Assembly: GCA_951406725.2 (NCBI GenBank)
Contig: OX597834.1
Coordinates: 24,552,001-24,616,000 of the forward strand
From: Octopus vulgaris
Lineage: Eukaryota
Length of the DNA: 64,000 nt
Reading direction: 5' to 3'
The position numbers were made by a program, and so were the translations under genes. Shown here piece after piece: positions 39,250 to 55,469 of the stretch; position 1 is the stretch's first letter; every line of letters starts with the position of its first letter. Below the pieces are notes generated by a model that did no database searches, was not told where the DNA came from, and saw only the letters and a program-made list of their open reading frames with translations.

Positions 39250-39753
39250 CAAACAAATATACAAATATAATGAATGTGTGAATAAAACAATGTGAGGGGC
39301 GGCGTATGGATGAGCAAGTGGCGGCGGTGGGTGAAACAAATGGCAAGTTAGCGTGTGGCGAAGGGAAATGATTGAATGAAGAATTGAAGGGGAGTTATTC
39401 TACCCTTAACTCCACCACCACCCGATGTCCCTTTTTCCCTTTCTGTTTCTCGCTGCTCGCCTCAGATAATGGCATATTAGCTACTTATATCGGAATGGCT
39501 TGCTGCCATCACTTATTTAACCATTCTGCCGCAGGAAGACACGTGTGTGAAGAGAAGAATGAGAGAGTGGGGCAGAAAGCGGTAAGGTAGAGTGAGTGGG
39601 AGAGTCTGCTAATAGATTGTTTGACATGGTAGGTAAGCAACTGGAATCCCGACAAACAGTTGCATGTAGCAACATATATACATATATATATGTATACATA
39701 CATATATGCATATATACATACATATATGCATATATATTAACGTCGCTACTACC

Positions 39754-39785
<32 letters not shown>

Positions 39786-39804
39786 ATGTATGTATGTATG
39801 TATG

Positions 39805-39921
<117 letters not shown>

Positions 39922-40064
39922 TATGTATATATATATATATACATTATTAACGCAGTAGCGACGTTAATAACAAGTTAGAGTCCTCCATTTTATCCACCCC
40001 TTCCCAAAGTTCCAACACGCATATATTTCTACGTATATACATATATATGTATTTATATATATGT

Positions 40065-40137
<73 letters not shown>

Positions 40138-40429
40138 AACACACACACACGTCTATATAAATGTATGTGTGCTTATATGTGTGTGTGTATGTAGTAAACT
40201 GAAGCACACATATATATGTGCACGTGTGCACGTGTGCATCCCCCTTTCTCTCTTCTTTTCCCTTTTCCCTAACATCTTCAAGCCCACTCCCTTCCCACAG
40301 CCCCATCCCTTTCTTGCCAAATTGCCGGAGACGTTCCTTAAGAGAGCAACATATTTTCCGCTTGTTCGAATGTGTGTATATCTGTGTATGTATGGATGGA
40401 TGTACTTATGAATGTAGTCATGCGTGTGT

Positions 40430-40493
<64 letters not shown>

Positions 40494-40833
40494 TATGTAG
40501 TGCGCATTGTGCATCTATGTATAGTAATGTGCTTATAGACAAATAAGGACATATACATACATCGAAATAGATAGTTTGACAGATAGATTAATAGAGAAAT
40601 AGATAGACAGATCGATCGATCGATCGATAGATAAATAGATAGATAGAAAGATACACTCACACAGACAGATAGAAAGAGATAGACAGACAAACAGACAGAC
40701 AGACAGATAGACAGATAGAGAGACAGACAGACAATATAAATAGATAAATAGCTCCTACTTGGATGTACGCTCATACAGAGGTGCCCGCGTGTTCATGTGA
40801 TTGAAATTGAATATGTGCATGTGTTTAGTGTAA

Positions 40834-40865
<32 letters not shown>

Positions 40866-40999
40866 ATGTTTACGTGGCTTTGTATTTGCGTAAGGCTATT
40901 GCAAACGACGTATGTCTAAGAAGCCGTGCATTTAGATCGTGTCCAGAACCTCTTGGTTGCGAAGCAAAATTCTTTAGTGATTGTCCATGCTTCTTTTAC

Positions 41000-41103
<104 letters not shown>

Positions 41104-41859
41104 CACACATATACACACATACGGACACACAAACAAGTTAGATCTAAAAAGTGCTCAATATGCATTGGTAAGGTTCGACAGCAAATGACTCTCCTATAGA
41201 AATAGAAATAATCCCCTGATCCTAAGAGGCTCTATCTTTGGTTCGGTATCATTATGGATTCAACCTTGTTATCCTTCTTTAGGCTCACAGCCTGCCTATG
41301 GCTCTATGCATAAACCCGACCTGTTAAAAAGAGCAACAGATTCTGCCTCAAATTATCTTTACCGACTTAAACACGACAGGTGATATTAGATAATATAAGC
41401 TGCAGATTTACACTTCCGGGTAAGAAAAGAAAAGACAGGATGGTCACGTTTGGACTGCCTTTTGGATTGTTAGGACTACTATATTTTCAGTCTGGGTCGA
41501 CGTGGTTGTGGCTACAAAACAACAACAAAAACAACAACAACAACAATATCAGTAACAACAGCAACGAAAGCAACAGCAGAGGCAGCACAAGCAACAACGC
41601 CACCAACGACATTAACAGCAACAACAACAGCATTAAACCCTCGCCGCCATTAACCTTGCATTTACTGTGTACCCCGTAAGCCATAAAACCCGATGTGACA
41701 GACACTGAAGCTGTTGCTTTAAACAACATTCGATACAGACCTGGGTAATTGGATCCCGAATAGATTCCACAGAAATTAAAATAAGGAATCTTTTAATGGA
41801 AAATTCTGTCCTTTTCCGCTTTCACTTCTTTCATCGGTGATGTGTCTCAATCGCGCGCG

Positions 41860-42715
41860 CGCCCACTCACACATACACACACACGCACACGCTCACACAC
41901 ACACACTCGCACACACAAACACATACACACGCACACATGCACGCACACGCTCACTCACACACACACACACTCGCACACACAAAGGCATACACACACAAAT
42001 ACACACGCACACACGTGCGCTACAGTTACACTTACACACACACCAACGCACAAACACATACACATACACACACACGCGCGCACACGCTCACTCACACACA
42101 CACACTCGCACACATAAAGACATACACACACAAATACACACGCACATACGTGCTCTACAGTTACACTTACACACACACCAACGCACAAACACATACACAC
42201 GCACACATGCACGCACACGCTCACTCACACACACACACACACACTCTCACACACAAAGACATGCACACACAAATACACACGCACACACGTGCGCTAGTTA
42301 CACATACACACACACCAACGCACAAACACATACACACGCACACATGCACGCACACGCTCACTCACACACACACACACACACTCTCACACACAAAGACATG
42401 CACACACAAATATACACGCACACACGTGCGCTACAGTTACACATACACACACACCAACGCACAAACACATACACATACACACACACGCGCGCACGCACAC
42501 GCTCACACACACACTCGCGCACACAAAGACATACACACACAAATACACACGCACACACGTGCGCTACAGTTACACATACAAACACACCAACACACAAACA
42601 CATACACACACTTACACACACATGTACACACAGACACACACTACAATTACACATAAAAACGCATATACACTCCAACACACAAACACAGACACTCAGGCAC
42701 ATACACTTACACACG
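41860..42715. repeat. CA-rich minisatellite with approx. 137-bp period, about 5-6 copies
   Basis: The aaag(a/g)cat anchor recurs at about 41981, 42117, 42255, 42392 and 42525, each followed by cacgtgcgctacagttacac or a close variant. Confidence 0.9.
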
Positions 42716-42777
42716 CGCCAGTTTCCATCACAAACTCTTATCCATCGCTTTTTAACATACTTTCATTTTACCTAATG

Positions 42778-42841
<64 letters not shown>

Positions 42842-42931
42842 TTTCTCTCTTCCGTATTCTTTCTCATCTTTTCTTCCTGTTCTTCTTTCCCTCTTTTTCT
42901 CTATTCTCCATTTCTCTGTCCCTTTTTTCCA

Positions 42932-42969
<38 letters not shown>

Positions 42970-43487
42970 TCTCTCTCCATATCAACCTCTTACTGCCGTC
43001 AATGATAAATCATTAATTACAACATTGGCTACTACAAACTTCTAAACGGACACGCCCGAAGTGCTAGAAAATGCAACGAACTTCCCCTCACACTGCACTC
43101 TACTCTCGTGTAAAAACAATACAACTGGGATAATATTCCTGATTGAAAAATAACATGAAACAGTCATGGTTGGAATGCTTTGGTGATAAATCTAATTAGG
43201 TATGACCAGGCCTTGAGATATGGGTTCCAAAACCTGAATGATTATAAGTTTTTCATAATAAAACGCTCAATATGACTTCTTGCATGCTTTAGGTTATCAC
43301 CCACGCTTTTTTCCCTCTCTTATGCTTTTTAAAATGACTTTTTACGCTCTTTTACAATGGACGTTTCTGAAATTTTTATGAGGCTATGTGATTTTACTTT
43401 CTGCATCAGAGACGAATCTCTAATGGACAGAATATGTTCAGAAGAGTTCTTTCCTTCGGTACATCTTTATGTAAATATACGATCGTA

Positions 43488-43799
43488 TTCTTTTACCTTT
43501 TACCTGTTTCAGTCCTTAGACTGCGGCCATGCCGGGGCACCACATTGAAGAAATTTAGTCGAACGAATCGAACCCCCCCAGTGCATTTTTTAAAGCCTGG
43601 TACTTATTCTATCGTTCTCTTTTGGCGAACTGCTAAGTTACTGGGACGTAAATACACTAGCACCGATTGTCAAGCGTTGGTGTAGGACAAACACAGACAC
43701 AAAGGCATACACACGTAGATATATATACGACGGGCTTCTTTCAGGTTTCACTTATCAAATCCTCTCCAAGGCTTTAGTCACTCCCATGCTATTGTAGAA

Positions 43800-43800
<1 letters not shown>
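43488..43800 (-). mobile_element. SINE family A, interrupted at 43800
   Basis: Reverse complement of the tail and body; breaks off after gctattgtagaaga. Confidence 0.85.
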
Positions 43801-45202
<1,402 letters not shown>

Positions 45203-45311
45203 ACGATATAACCCCTATAACGATGGAAATTGAAAACCAGACACTACGACATCACACGCATCCTCTCTCACAGACATATAACATACTCACATGTTCACGC
45301 GCGCGCGCACG

Positions 45312-45352
<41 letters not shown>

Positions 45353-45625
45353 TCGTACTCACAAAATAATACGCATACATACGCCACATTCACTGGCGGA
45401 ACATCTCTCTAAAACATAAGCTTGTATATGGCCACACAAACTGCAAGAAAAAGCAGTCAAATTTTCCTCAGATTACACGCTGTTGCCTTGGTGGTGGTGG
45501 TGGTAGTGGTGGTAGTGGTGGTGTTTGTAGGGATAATATTGGTAATGTTCGTAGTAGTAGTACTTATATGATATCGTTGGCATGCTGTGTCGTCCTCGTG
45601 GTCGTGGTTGGGGTTGTCGTCGTCA

Positions 45626-45670
<45 letters not shown>

Positions 45671-45831
45671 CTGTTGTATGATGGTGGGCATGAGGCAGGG
45701 TGCAGATAGAAGTTGATGTCTTGAGTGACGTCCACCATTATCACCTGCTGGCCAATCAATATCTTGTGTTCATAGAGTAGTTTTGGTGGTGTGTATATAT
45801 ATGCATGTGTACGTATACATATATACACACA

Positions 45832-45885
<54 letters not shown>

Positions 45886-45929
45886 CACACATACACAAAT
45901 ATTTCTAAATGCATTGTATATGTATAAGC

Positions 45930-45965
<36 letters not shown>

Positions 45966-46062
45966 GTATGTATCTATATATATATACATCTCCGCTGACT
46001 AATTGATAAATTCTTATAAAGATTTTATCCTATTTTAAAATTTTATACATCTACACAGACAC

Positions 46063-46111
<49 letters not shown>

Positions 46112-46252
46112 ATGGGAACGTATGTATATATATACATATACATATAAGCTGCGGTCATGCTGGAGCACTACATACGTATGTGATGTGTCTACATATCCAC
46201 CTGCGTATATACATAAACATATATATATATACACGAGCGCGCACACACACAC

Positions 46253-46386
<134 letters not shown>

Positions 46387-47048
46387 GTATGTGTGTGTAT
46401 GTGTATGTGTAGGTATATTTATGACTGTGTATGGTAGTTGTGCTAATGGTACTTAAAAGCAGTTTCGGTTGTAGTAACATTGGTGTCTATTAGCGATGTG
46501 TTTGGTGGTAGGGGCACTATGGTGCTGATGGAGGGGCTGGAGATAGGGGTGGGATTACGTGAGGTGGATAGTGGTGTTGGAGGAGACTAGTGGTGTAATG
46601 TTGGTGCCGTATTAATTCTTGTTGTAGTTGTGGCGTTGATGGTGTAGTGATGTGCTGGCAGGGAGGTGGTGGCGGTAATGCTGCTACTAGAATATTGTTT
46701 ATTATTGTCCCTCTTAGTAAACAACCATACAAACAACAACAACAACCACAACAACAACAACATCGGGAAGGTGATTCTGAGGTCACGCAGTGGGAGGAAG
46801 GGTGGGGAGGAGGCGATATTACGTTACTGTTGTAATGGTGGTGGTGGTGGTTGTGGTGATGGTGGTGGCGGCGGCGGCTTTAGTGTTTACTGTGATATGG
46901 TGTATATTTGAATGAGGAGGGGGAACGGGGGATTGATGAATGGCGTGTGATGTTGGTGAGGGGAGGTGGGTCGGAGATGGTGGTATGTGGAGTGTAACAG
47001 TGTGAAAAGTGGTGGTTTGGTGACATGAAGAGTGTGTGTATGTGTGTA

Positions 47049-47102
<54 letters not shown>

Positions 47103-47130
47103 TATATAGTGCATATACACACAAATGCAC

Positions 47131-47170
<40 letters not shown>

Positions 47171-47286
47171 GTACATTTGTGTGTGTATGCGCTCTGGTGG
47201 TTGTAGTAGTGTTTGATGTACATGCATTAAGGTGTATGATGTGTGATGACGTGTATGAGTATATACTCATGCATAAATATATATGT

Positions 47287-47345
<59 letters not shown>

Positions 47346-47513
47346 TACGTGTATATGTGTATACACACACACACACACACATATATATATATGTCTGTGG
47401 GTGTGTGTGGTGTTTGACGTGTGATGATGATGGTGGGATGTGCGAAAGTAGTGGTTTAGTGAAATGTAGTGTGCATGCATGTATGTATGTACATAAGTCT
47501 GTATGTGAGTGTT

Positions 47514-47581
<68 letters not shown>

Positions 47582-47867
47582 GGTCGTCCTGCTTTACACA
47601 TAATGTGATAATGGTGGTGTGAATGTTGGTCTGTTGTGTTCTGTGATGCCAGTGGTAGTGAATGCCAATACTTAACTTGCACCAATTAAAATCGAACGTC
47701 TTCTTCCGTGACATTTTACCATGAATCAAAGCCAATGAAAGAACCTATATGTACACGCTGAACCTGCTAGAAGTAACAGTCATAGCGTACTCGATTTACA
47801 TAATACCGTCACTAAAACTGAATCTTACATGAATACATATAATACACACAATACTAGGTGTGTTAGT

Positions 47868-48078
47868 ATTGATTTCAAATTTCGACCAAGGTCAGCAATT
47901 TCGTGGGAGCGGGTAAAGTCGATTATATCGACCTCCAGTGCTCAACTGGTACTTATTTTATCGATTCCGGAGGGATGAATATCAAAGTCGACCTTGGCAG
48001 AACTCAGTACGTAAAGACAGACGAAATGCCGCTAAACATTTTGCCTGGCGTGCTAACGATTCTGCCAGCTCGCCGCTT
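47868..48078 (-). mobile_element. SINE family B
   Basis: Head, core and tail all recognisable. Confidence 0.85.
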
Positions 48079-48847
48079 TTAGGTAGGTTAATATTGAGAC
48101 CGAGTTGAAGCGTTTGAATACATCTTACTCGTGACATCAACTGTTTTGTATAATTCTCCGAGTCAGCAATACTCTGGTAGCGTACGCATGCGTGAGGAGC
48201 AGCTTTGTTGTTCTGAGTACTCAGCTGTTGTTCAGGAGCGACTCAGCTGACAGCACTTCCCTGCCTGTAGTATTTGCTTCATATGATTAGAACTTTCCAC
48301 CCTTCGTAGCATCGTCCAACGTAACTTTATTCGTAAAATATCATCTCACGCCTCTTTCTTAATTTATTCTTTGCCTGTTGCGGTAGGTTTTTGTCTTATG
48401 TTTCTTATTTATTCATTTATTTGTTCCTCGGCATCAACTGATGAAAGCTCAGTTTTGTTTCGTTATTAATGTTTTGATGCAGAATAACACTAAAATTCAA
48501 AAGATAAAATCAAAATAAGAAAAGTGGTCGGGGAGAAGCTATTAAATCTCAAAAATAAATTGTTTCAGAGAAAAAAGCCTAAAAAGTAACAAATGCCCTT
48601 AATAATCATGCAGTAAAAAAATACCTGATAGTCATAACAATAACTGAACCGCATAAAAAAGAATGGCTGTTTCGAAATAAGCGTACCACTTAATTCGTCG
48701 AAACTTTTATTTTTTTAAGTCTATTTTTTTTTGTTTTGTTTTTGTTTTAAACATAAGAAATAACAATTATGTTTTTGTTTATTTTCAGCATTTCAGTTTA
48801 ATTCGTACTCCGCAACATTTTCATTTCTTACTCTCATATCTTTAAAG

Positions 48848-49235
48848 GAGGAAGCGCAATGGCCCAGTGGTTAGGGCAGCGGACTCGCGGTCATTGGATC
48901 GCGGTTTCGATTCCCAGACCGGGCGTTGTGAGTGTTTATTGAGCGAAAACACCTAAAAGTTCCACGAGGCTCCGGCAGGGGATGGTGGTGATCCCTGCTG
49001 TACTCTTTCACCACAACTTTCTCTCACTCTTACTTCCTGTTTCTGTTGTACCTGTATTTCAAAGGGCCGGCCTTGTCACTCTCTGTGTCACACTGAATAT
49101 CCCCGAGAACTACGTTAAGGGCACACGTGTCTGTGGAGTGCTCAGCCACTTACACGTTAATTTCACGAGCAGGCTGTTCCGTTGATTCGGATCAACCGGA
49201 ACCCTCTTCGCCGTAACCGACGGAGTGCTTCCATT
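48848..49235 (+). mobile_element. tRNA-derived SINE family C, full length
   Basis: A box tggcccagtggttagg, B box ggtttcgattcc, central domain ggctccggcagggg...ctgctgtactctttc, tail ending (ttca)n. Confidence 0.9.
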
Positions 49236-50019
49236 CATTCATCTTTAAAGGTATTCAAAATAGACGTTACGATTGTATGTGAAGATCTTTTCAAAATTTC
49301 AAAATGACTTTTGAACTGAAAAATGAAAAGTTAGTTGTTTTAATTTTTGGACTGAAACCATGCTGAGGCGGTGCCTTGAAATATTTGGTCAATGCAGTGA
49401 AACTGTAAAGATTCTTTGTAGTCTGAGCAAAAATCCTGTCAATACCTGTTTAGTTTAATGCCACTACTTATCTTTTTCCAGAGGATATGGTTGTTGGTCA
49501 GTGCTTCCATGAAGGTATAGGTTTTTAGTTAAAACCCCAGGTAAATCTAGGCAACATTTTGGCAGTGTTCTGAATGGTATATTCATATTGTAAATGTATA
49601 TATAGAGCGAGAAAGTGTGAAGGACATAAAAAGGGTTTTGTGAGTGGGTGTATGAGAGAGAGAGAGAGAGAGAGGTGGGGGAAAGGATTAGAAAAAAGGA
49701 TAGTGGTAAAATGGAAAAAATAAGAATAAAATAAAAATAAAAATAATAAAAACATAGTCAAAAATAATCATAATGAAAATAAAATAAGAGGTAATGACGG
49801 ATATATCCTAAATGGGTTTTGTAAGTGTTTACGGGAGAGGAGAAAGGGAATAAAAATAGATTAAGATAGAGGTAACAGGGTAAAGAACAATAAGATAAAA
49901 ATAAATGAGAGTAAAGATACCGATATAGATATGTCAGTATTGTATGGGGACTAGAGGTCAAGCGTTATAATATAATATGAGATAATGTAGTATAATATAA
50001 TGTAATATAATATAACATA

Positions 50020-50069
<50 letters not shown>

Positions 50070-50082
50070 ACATATATATATG

Positions 50083-51360
50083 CAGGTGTGGGCAGCGTTA
50101 ATCGAAAAGTTAACTTCATTACGCATTAATCCATTAACCAAAAAGTTAACTTCGTTAATCGTTAATCTGTTAATTATTTGAAAATGTAACGTTAACTTTT
50201 ATTGAAAAAGGCATAACTACAGTTTAATACCCTGTCGATTTTGTTGCCTCATAAATTCCAAAAAGATGGATACTTTTTAACGAAACTTTCACCAAATAAT
50301 CACTTATATTCTGTAGGTTGAGTGTATGTAAAAATTTGTTGGAAAACATTTTCAGAGGGGTTGGGGAGAGGAGTTTCGCAAAATACCTAGGACCCGACAT
50401 TCCCCCCCCCCCTCATTACTTCCTGGAAAAGAGATATTTTTAATGAATTTTTATAGATACCTTTCAAACGGTGTAGATTATTATTACAAAGAAATTTGTA
50501 GGCAGAATTTTTGGAAGGGGGCGGGCGGCAGGAGTTTCTGGAAAACAGAGTTTCGGATCGGAAGGCCCACATAAGTTGGAATTTCTGTTTTTGACGGGGA
50601 TTTTTTCAATGTTTTTCACCGAAGTCTTCAGAATGATTGGAGACATCTTTTCACGAAAAAAAAAAAAAAATTTTTTATTTTTGTTTTCACTTCTGCCACC
50701 CCTTCAACACCCTGCTCCGAAACGACTTTGGCCATTTTTTTCACTATGCACTTAAAACCCGTGAGAGAAACATTTTTGGTTTTTAAAATATTGTTAATAA
50801 TATTAAAGGAAAATGTGTGATTTAAGGGAGATCTGGCTGCTGTTTCTTGCACATCTCCAAACCTCCCTCCTCGTTTCTTTCTCACTCACGCATATATTGA
50901 TATTTTTCAATATTTTTCTCTCCATAAGCAAATTTTATGGAATGGCGATGTTAAAGTAACACACGTGTAGTCCCACCCGAGTGAGGCCGTGTTATGTGTG
51001 TGTGTGTAAGAAAAGTAAAACACCCAAAAACATTTTTAGTGTTCCTAGTAATCTGTCAAATGTAATGCTTTTTTTGTTCATGTTATTTTGAATTATTCAG
51101 GTTCAAGAGGGGTATCCACAATATTTGCTTGTAACTTTGTAAATTTTTTACATACAGATTTGAAATTTTATCAGCGGGTGTTTTATATACCGCTGGTTTA
51201 TAATTATGTAATGTTAGCTGATCTTGCTGAGTAAATTTGACTTTTATGGGCAGGTAAATTTAATTAACACGTGTAAAAGCAATAACATTATGGATAAACG
51301 CTAAAATGAAATTCTTAATGCATCTTAACTCTTTAATTTGTTACTAAAATTATCCCAGAT
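50083..51360. mobile_element. Probable decayed non-autonomous DNA transposon(s)
   Basis: Starts caggtgtgggcagcgttaatcg with clustered gttaa sub-terminal repeats; no coding signal, and the right boundary is uncertain. Confidence 0.35.
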
Positions 51361-52431
51361 GTCAACTGCCAACAATTTTGTTACTTTTCAAGATGAGTTA
51401 CATTAATTTGAATTAATTAAAATACAGGTATAATCAGTACAATATTTTTTTCTTTCGGTAAATATTTCATACCACGATGTGAAATAATTTTTTTCCATAG
51501 TCATTTTCAGGTGCGTTCAATGTATCTGGCCTCCAAACCCACAGCAAGCTACTTTTTTTCCAGAAAAGAAAGTTGGGAGGCGTTGTGGGGACCAGGACGA
51601 AAGATACAGAGAAAAATATACAAAGCAGTAAATAAATCTTGCCACTTGATACGGAAACACTCCCATAGACACACACACGCACACATACATGCACACGTAC
51701 CAATAACTCGCATTTCCTTTGTAAATGAAATTTTGCTCTACCAGAGTTTAATATTGCAGCAACTTAACCAAATTCATAAAGAAAAAATTACTGTCATTGT
51801 TCTGCCGTATCCGGAAATTCCTGCCGAAGTTTGAAACGCTTACCAAGTAAACAACGCGCACGCCAAAAAGAAAAGAAATCGAAAGCAGCCAATCACAACG
51901 AGGAGTTTTAGGAGTCTCTACCCGCGTTAGATTGCATCACATGTATAGAAATGTAGTAATTTCTGAAAACATAAATTTTATCTTCATTAATTCTCTAATC
52001 TTGTTATCTTATCTTGACACGTAATCGTAAAGCCATATTAGATATGAAACTATAAAGATTATACCAAGAATAGAAGGAGAAAAAAGAAGAAAGCATTGTA
52101 GCGAAATCATTAGGACTTGCACTGTTAAGTTTAGAATTTTACTTAGCAACTTATATGTCAAATTGACATATAGGTTGCCATGCAAAATTCATGAGGTCAC
52201 CACACTTCTAAACTAACTTGAATACGCAGTAAAATCACGGAAAATATGAAGAAAACGTTAAGTTTTTTATATAAATGATACGCCAGCTTCAATCACCACT
52301 GTTTCAAATAATCATCAAATAAAAGATGTTGTATTATTCAATGAAGAAATTGTGTTGATTGCTTCTCGAAGATGATTTGAAACGTTTAAAAAAAGAACTA
52401 GTCTTTTTAGTATTCAAATAACAGGTACATC

Positions 52432-52497
52432 AATGAGTATTGTCTTCCCTCTAGTCATCCAATATGGTATTATTCCTCCATTAAGGCAATCATGAAG
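52432..52497 (-). mobile_element. Short R4/Dong-like RT fragment fused to a Tx1 remnant
   Basis: DCLNGGIIPYWMTRGKTILI; the DNA closely matches 30443-30503. Confidence 0.85.
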
Positions 52498-52504
52498 ATT
52501 TTCC

Positions 52505-54326
52505 ACTTTCCAAATGCTACCCCTAGGTCTCTGTTTTACCCAGAACTGCAGCTCCGTAAAAGAAACTAGCTGCGGAAATATGTGTCTGGCCAACGGCGAC
52601 TGCACCTGTTCACTATCAAGGAAGCACTGGAGATGTCGTAGCCTCAGCGCATGTCTGCGTATCATCAACCACGGCATGGCCAGGCCACTACACAGTGGAT
52701 GCTGACAACAGATAGACCGCATGACCATCGAGACGCGTCCTTTCCATAAGAAGCGGAAGAATATACACTCCAGCGTGATCAGATGGTGGCCAGGACAAGG
52801 CACGACGGTCAAACGATAGTAGATGACGGATGCGATATATTCTTTAGCCACTTCTGCTCGACCTTTCAGGGATAACATTCTCTCAGCCCATTTCTGGGTG
52901 AGAGTAGTCACCCTCTCGTTACCTCGTCCCAGTTTTTGTCCATCTGGAGATCTGGACCGAACCAGACCCGAGCAATTTAACCAGTCAGTCCGCGTCCAGC
53001 GCCCAACGACGCAGTTGGACGGCATGGACTTGCTTCTCCAGGTGCCGAATCGCAAGTCCACTGATTTTCCTGGTTACTCGCTGCTCCTAAAACCACCTCG
53101 TAGTCCCGGAGAGCGGTGCCGGTCATTTTTATGTGCTTATGATCCGACACCACAACGGTGACGTCGTCGGTATACGCCGACACGCATCTCCCACATCCTA
53201 TACCACTCATCCTAGATCCCACATCCTAGATCTAGTTTGTTTAGTGGTGGCTCGAGAGTCGGGTGGGGACAACCTTGGCGGACCGAGCGTATGTTGTTGA
53301 ACGACTTTTAGAGTTGACCGTTCACGCTGACCACTAAACAGGTGTCACTGCATTGCAGCGATCCAGCCTCTGAATACAGTCCCGAAACCAGTTGCCTTGC
53401 GTACCGCCCGCCAGGTACAGATAGTCGACTCTATCGAAAGCTTTAGACTGATCTAAATTGATCAGGGCCCCACCTGTGCCAGGTTCTTTAGCCACTTTCC
53501 CAATGGTGTATCGCATGAAGTAGAGGTTGTCATGGATGGATCTTTTCGGGATGGCACATGTCTGTGCCTCCCCTACCAGATCGTCGACGACAAATACCAA
53601 CCTCGTAGCTAACACTTTGGTCAAAATTTTGAACTCTGCATTCAGCAGAGTTATGTGCCTAAAGTTGTCAAAACATTCCCCCTTGTTCGGGTCTTTTCTC
53701 AGCAATACCACCGCTTCACGGCTCACAAAACTGGGAATTCTCCCATTCTGTTGCCAGTTGCAGTAAACGTTTGCTAAGATGTTGCCGAACAAGGTAGGAC
53801 GTAAAATCTATCCTGCGACCAAGCTCACCCCTGCTCCCGAGCAGTTGAGTGAAGCGCCGCTGGGAGGCCGCACACATCTGTCTCAGAACAGTTATCGTTT
53901 GCCCTTCATGGTCCGGCAAGTATCGGATCGTGGATTTATGGTCACGCTGTGCCTCTTCCACTCGGGCTCATTGAATGGCTTCCATCCCTTCATGTCTAAG
54001 TGCTCATGCCTTAGCTCTAACAACACGAACTTGGTGTTTCGCGTTGAAGAATTAGTCGAATGCCAATTTCGCTGCGAGCCCGTCGGTCGCGATGCCTTTT
54101 CTAAAAGTCTCGTCTAACTTCTTGACTAGCCCTGCCTTGCCTCTACTCTGTTTCTTTCTACTGCTCGTCCTTTGCTAAACCTTATCGATTCTATTCTAAT
54201 CGTCCTTTTCAGGGCGAACCACCATTTATTGTTGATTATTGCTCTCGTCAATGCCCTCTTAACTATTTCAATATTCCGCTCTCTGAAATCATTACCCGCT
54301 GGCAACGATGTGTTCAGTTTCCAGTA
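52505..54326 (-). pseudogene. Degraded Tx1/L1-clade LINE ORF2, related to the element at 12605
   Basis: WKLNTSL..WWFALK..IR, FRHITLLNAEFKIL, QTCAIPKRSIHDN, LDQSKAFDRV, SAYTDDVTV and LSLKGRAEVA..IASVIYYRL. Confidence 0.92.
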
Positions 54327-54496
54327 ACAACAACAACAACAACAACAACAATAATAATAATGATAATAATAATAATAATAATAATGATAATAATAATAAT
54401 AATAATGATAATAATAATAATAATAATAACAACAACAACAACAACAACAACAACAATAATAATAATAATAATAATAATAACAACAACAACAACAAT

Positions 54497-54555
<59 letters not shown>

Positions 54556-54570
54556 CAACAATAATAATAA
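54327..54570. repeat. (AAC)n/(AAT)n microsatellite
   Basis: Trinucleotide runs. Confidence 0.95.
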
Positions 54571-54930
54571 CGTGACTGGTGCTAAAACTGTTGTTTCTCT
54601 ATCTGTTATTGCTGTTGTCGTTAATATTAACAATGCTGATGTAGTAGTAGTAGTAGCAGCAGCAGCAGCAGCAGCATATCATTAATTGATGTTGTTGCTG
54701 TTGTAGTCGTTGGCTTTTACACTTGGACTATTTTGTTTCATTTCCAGCAAGTTAAATTCGTTTCCTCGCCATTCCCCTTACCCACACCACACCACAACTC
54801 CCCCAATATACTCCACCCCCTAATGTCCCCATCCTGCCCTAAACAGAATCCCCACTCTCGTAATCCCCTCTACCTTTTCCTCCACCCACCATAAATATAG
54901 CTCAGATGTAATTATATAAATAACACATAG

Positions 54931-54993
<63 letters not shown>

Positions 54994-55090
54994 CACACAC
55001 ACACAACACTCTCTCTCTCCCTCTCACACACACACACTCACTCACTCACTCACACACACACACACACACACACACACTCTCTCTCTCTCC

Positions 55091-55125
<35 letters not shown>

Positions 55126-55469
55126 ACACACACACACACACATTCACGCATACGCATACATACAACGTACACAGACACGCATAGATGTACTCACAAAGCA
55201 TTTCTAAATGAAATACACAGCTGATGTAGATACGCATACACATATAAATACACATACACACATAGACATGTAAAGCTGGATATACACGCAAAAACACACA
55301 CACGTGAATGCATACACGAACAAGCACAAGCACACACACACACGCACACATGCGCACACACACACACGCACACACTCGCGCACACAAGCATACACACATA
55401 CAAACGCACACATGCCAATATGCGCAGATACATGCATACATGGATAACAAACATCATCAACATAATCCG

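Noticed and set aside
41860-42715. CRISPR-like repeat-spacer array
   Set aside because: Whole units are duplicated with no unique spacers, there are no cas genes, and the context is eukaryotic.
47669-47745. Possible minus-strand exon [23 protein letters not shown]
   Set aside because: Poor pyrimidine tract, the acceptor lies at the edge of an old dispersed repeat, and there is no good donor.
48438-48465. CTGATGA as a possible hammerhead core or C box
   Set aside because: No downstream GAAA or stems I/III; only a small aactga/tcagtt hairpin.
48855-48930. tRNA gene
   Set aside because: A and B boxes are present but there is no complete cloverleaf or terminator; it is the head of a multi-copy SINE.
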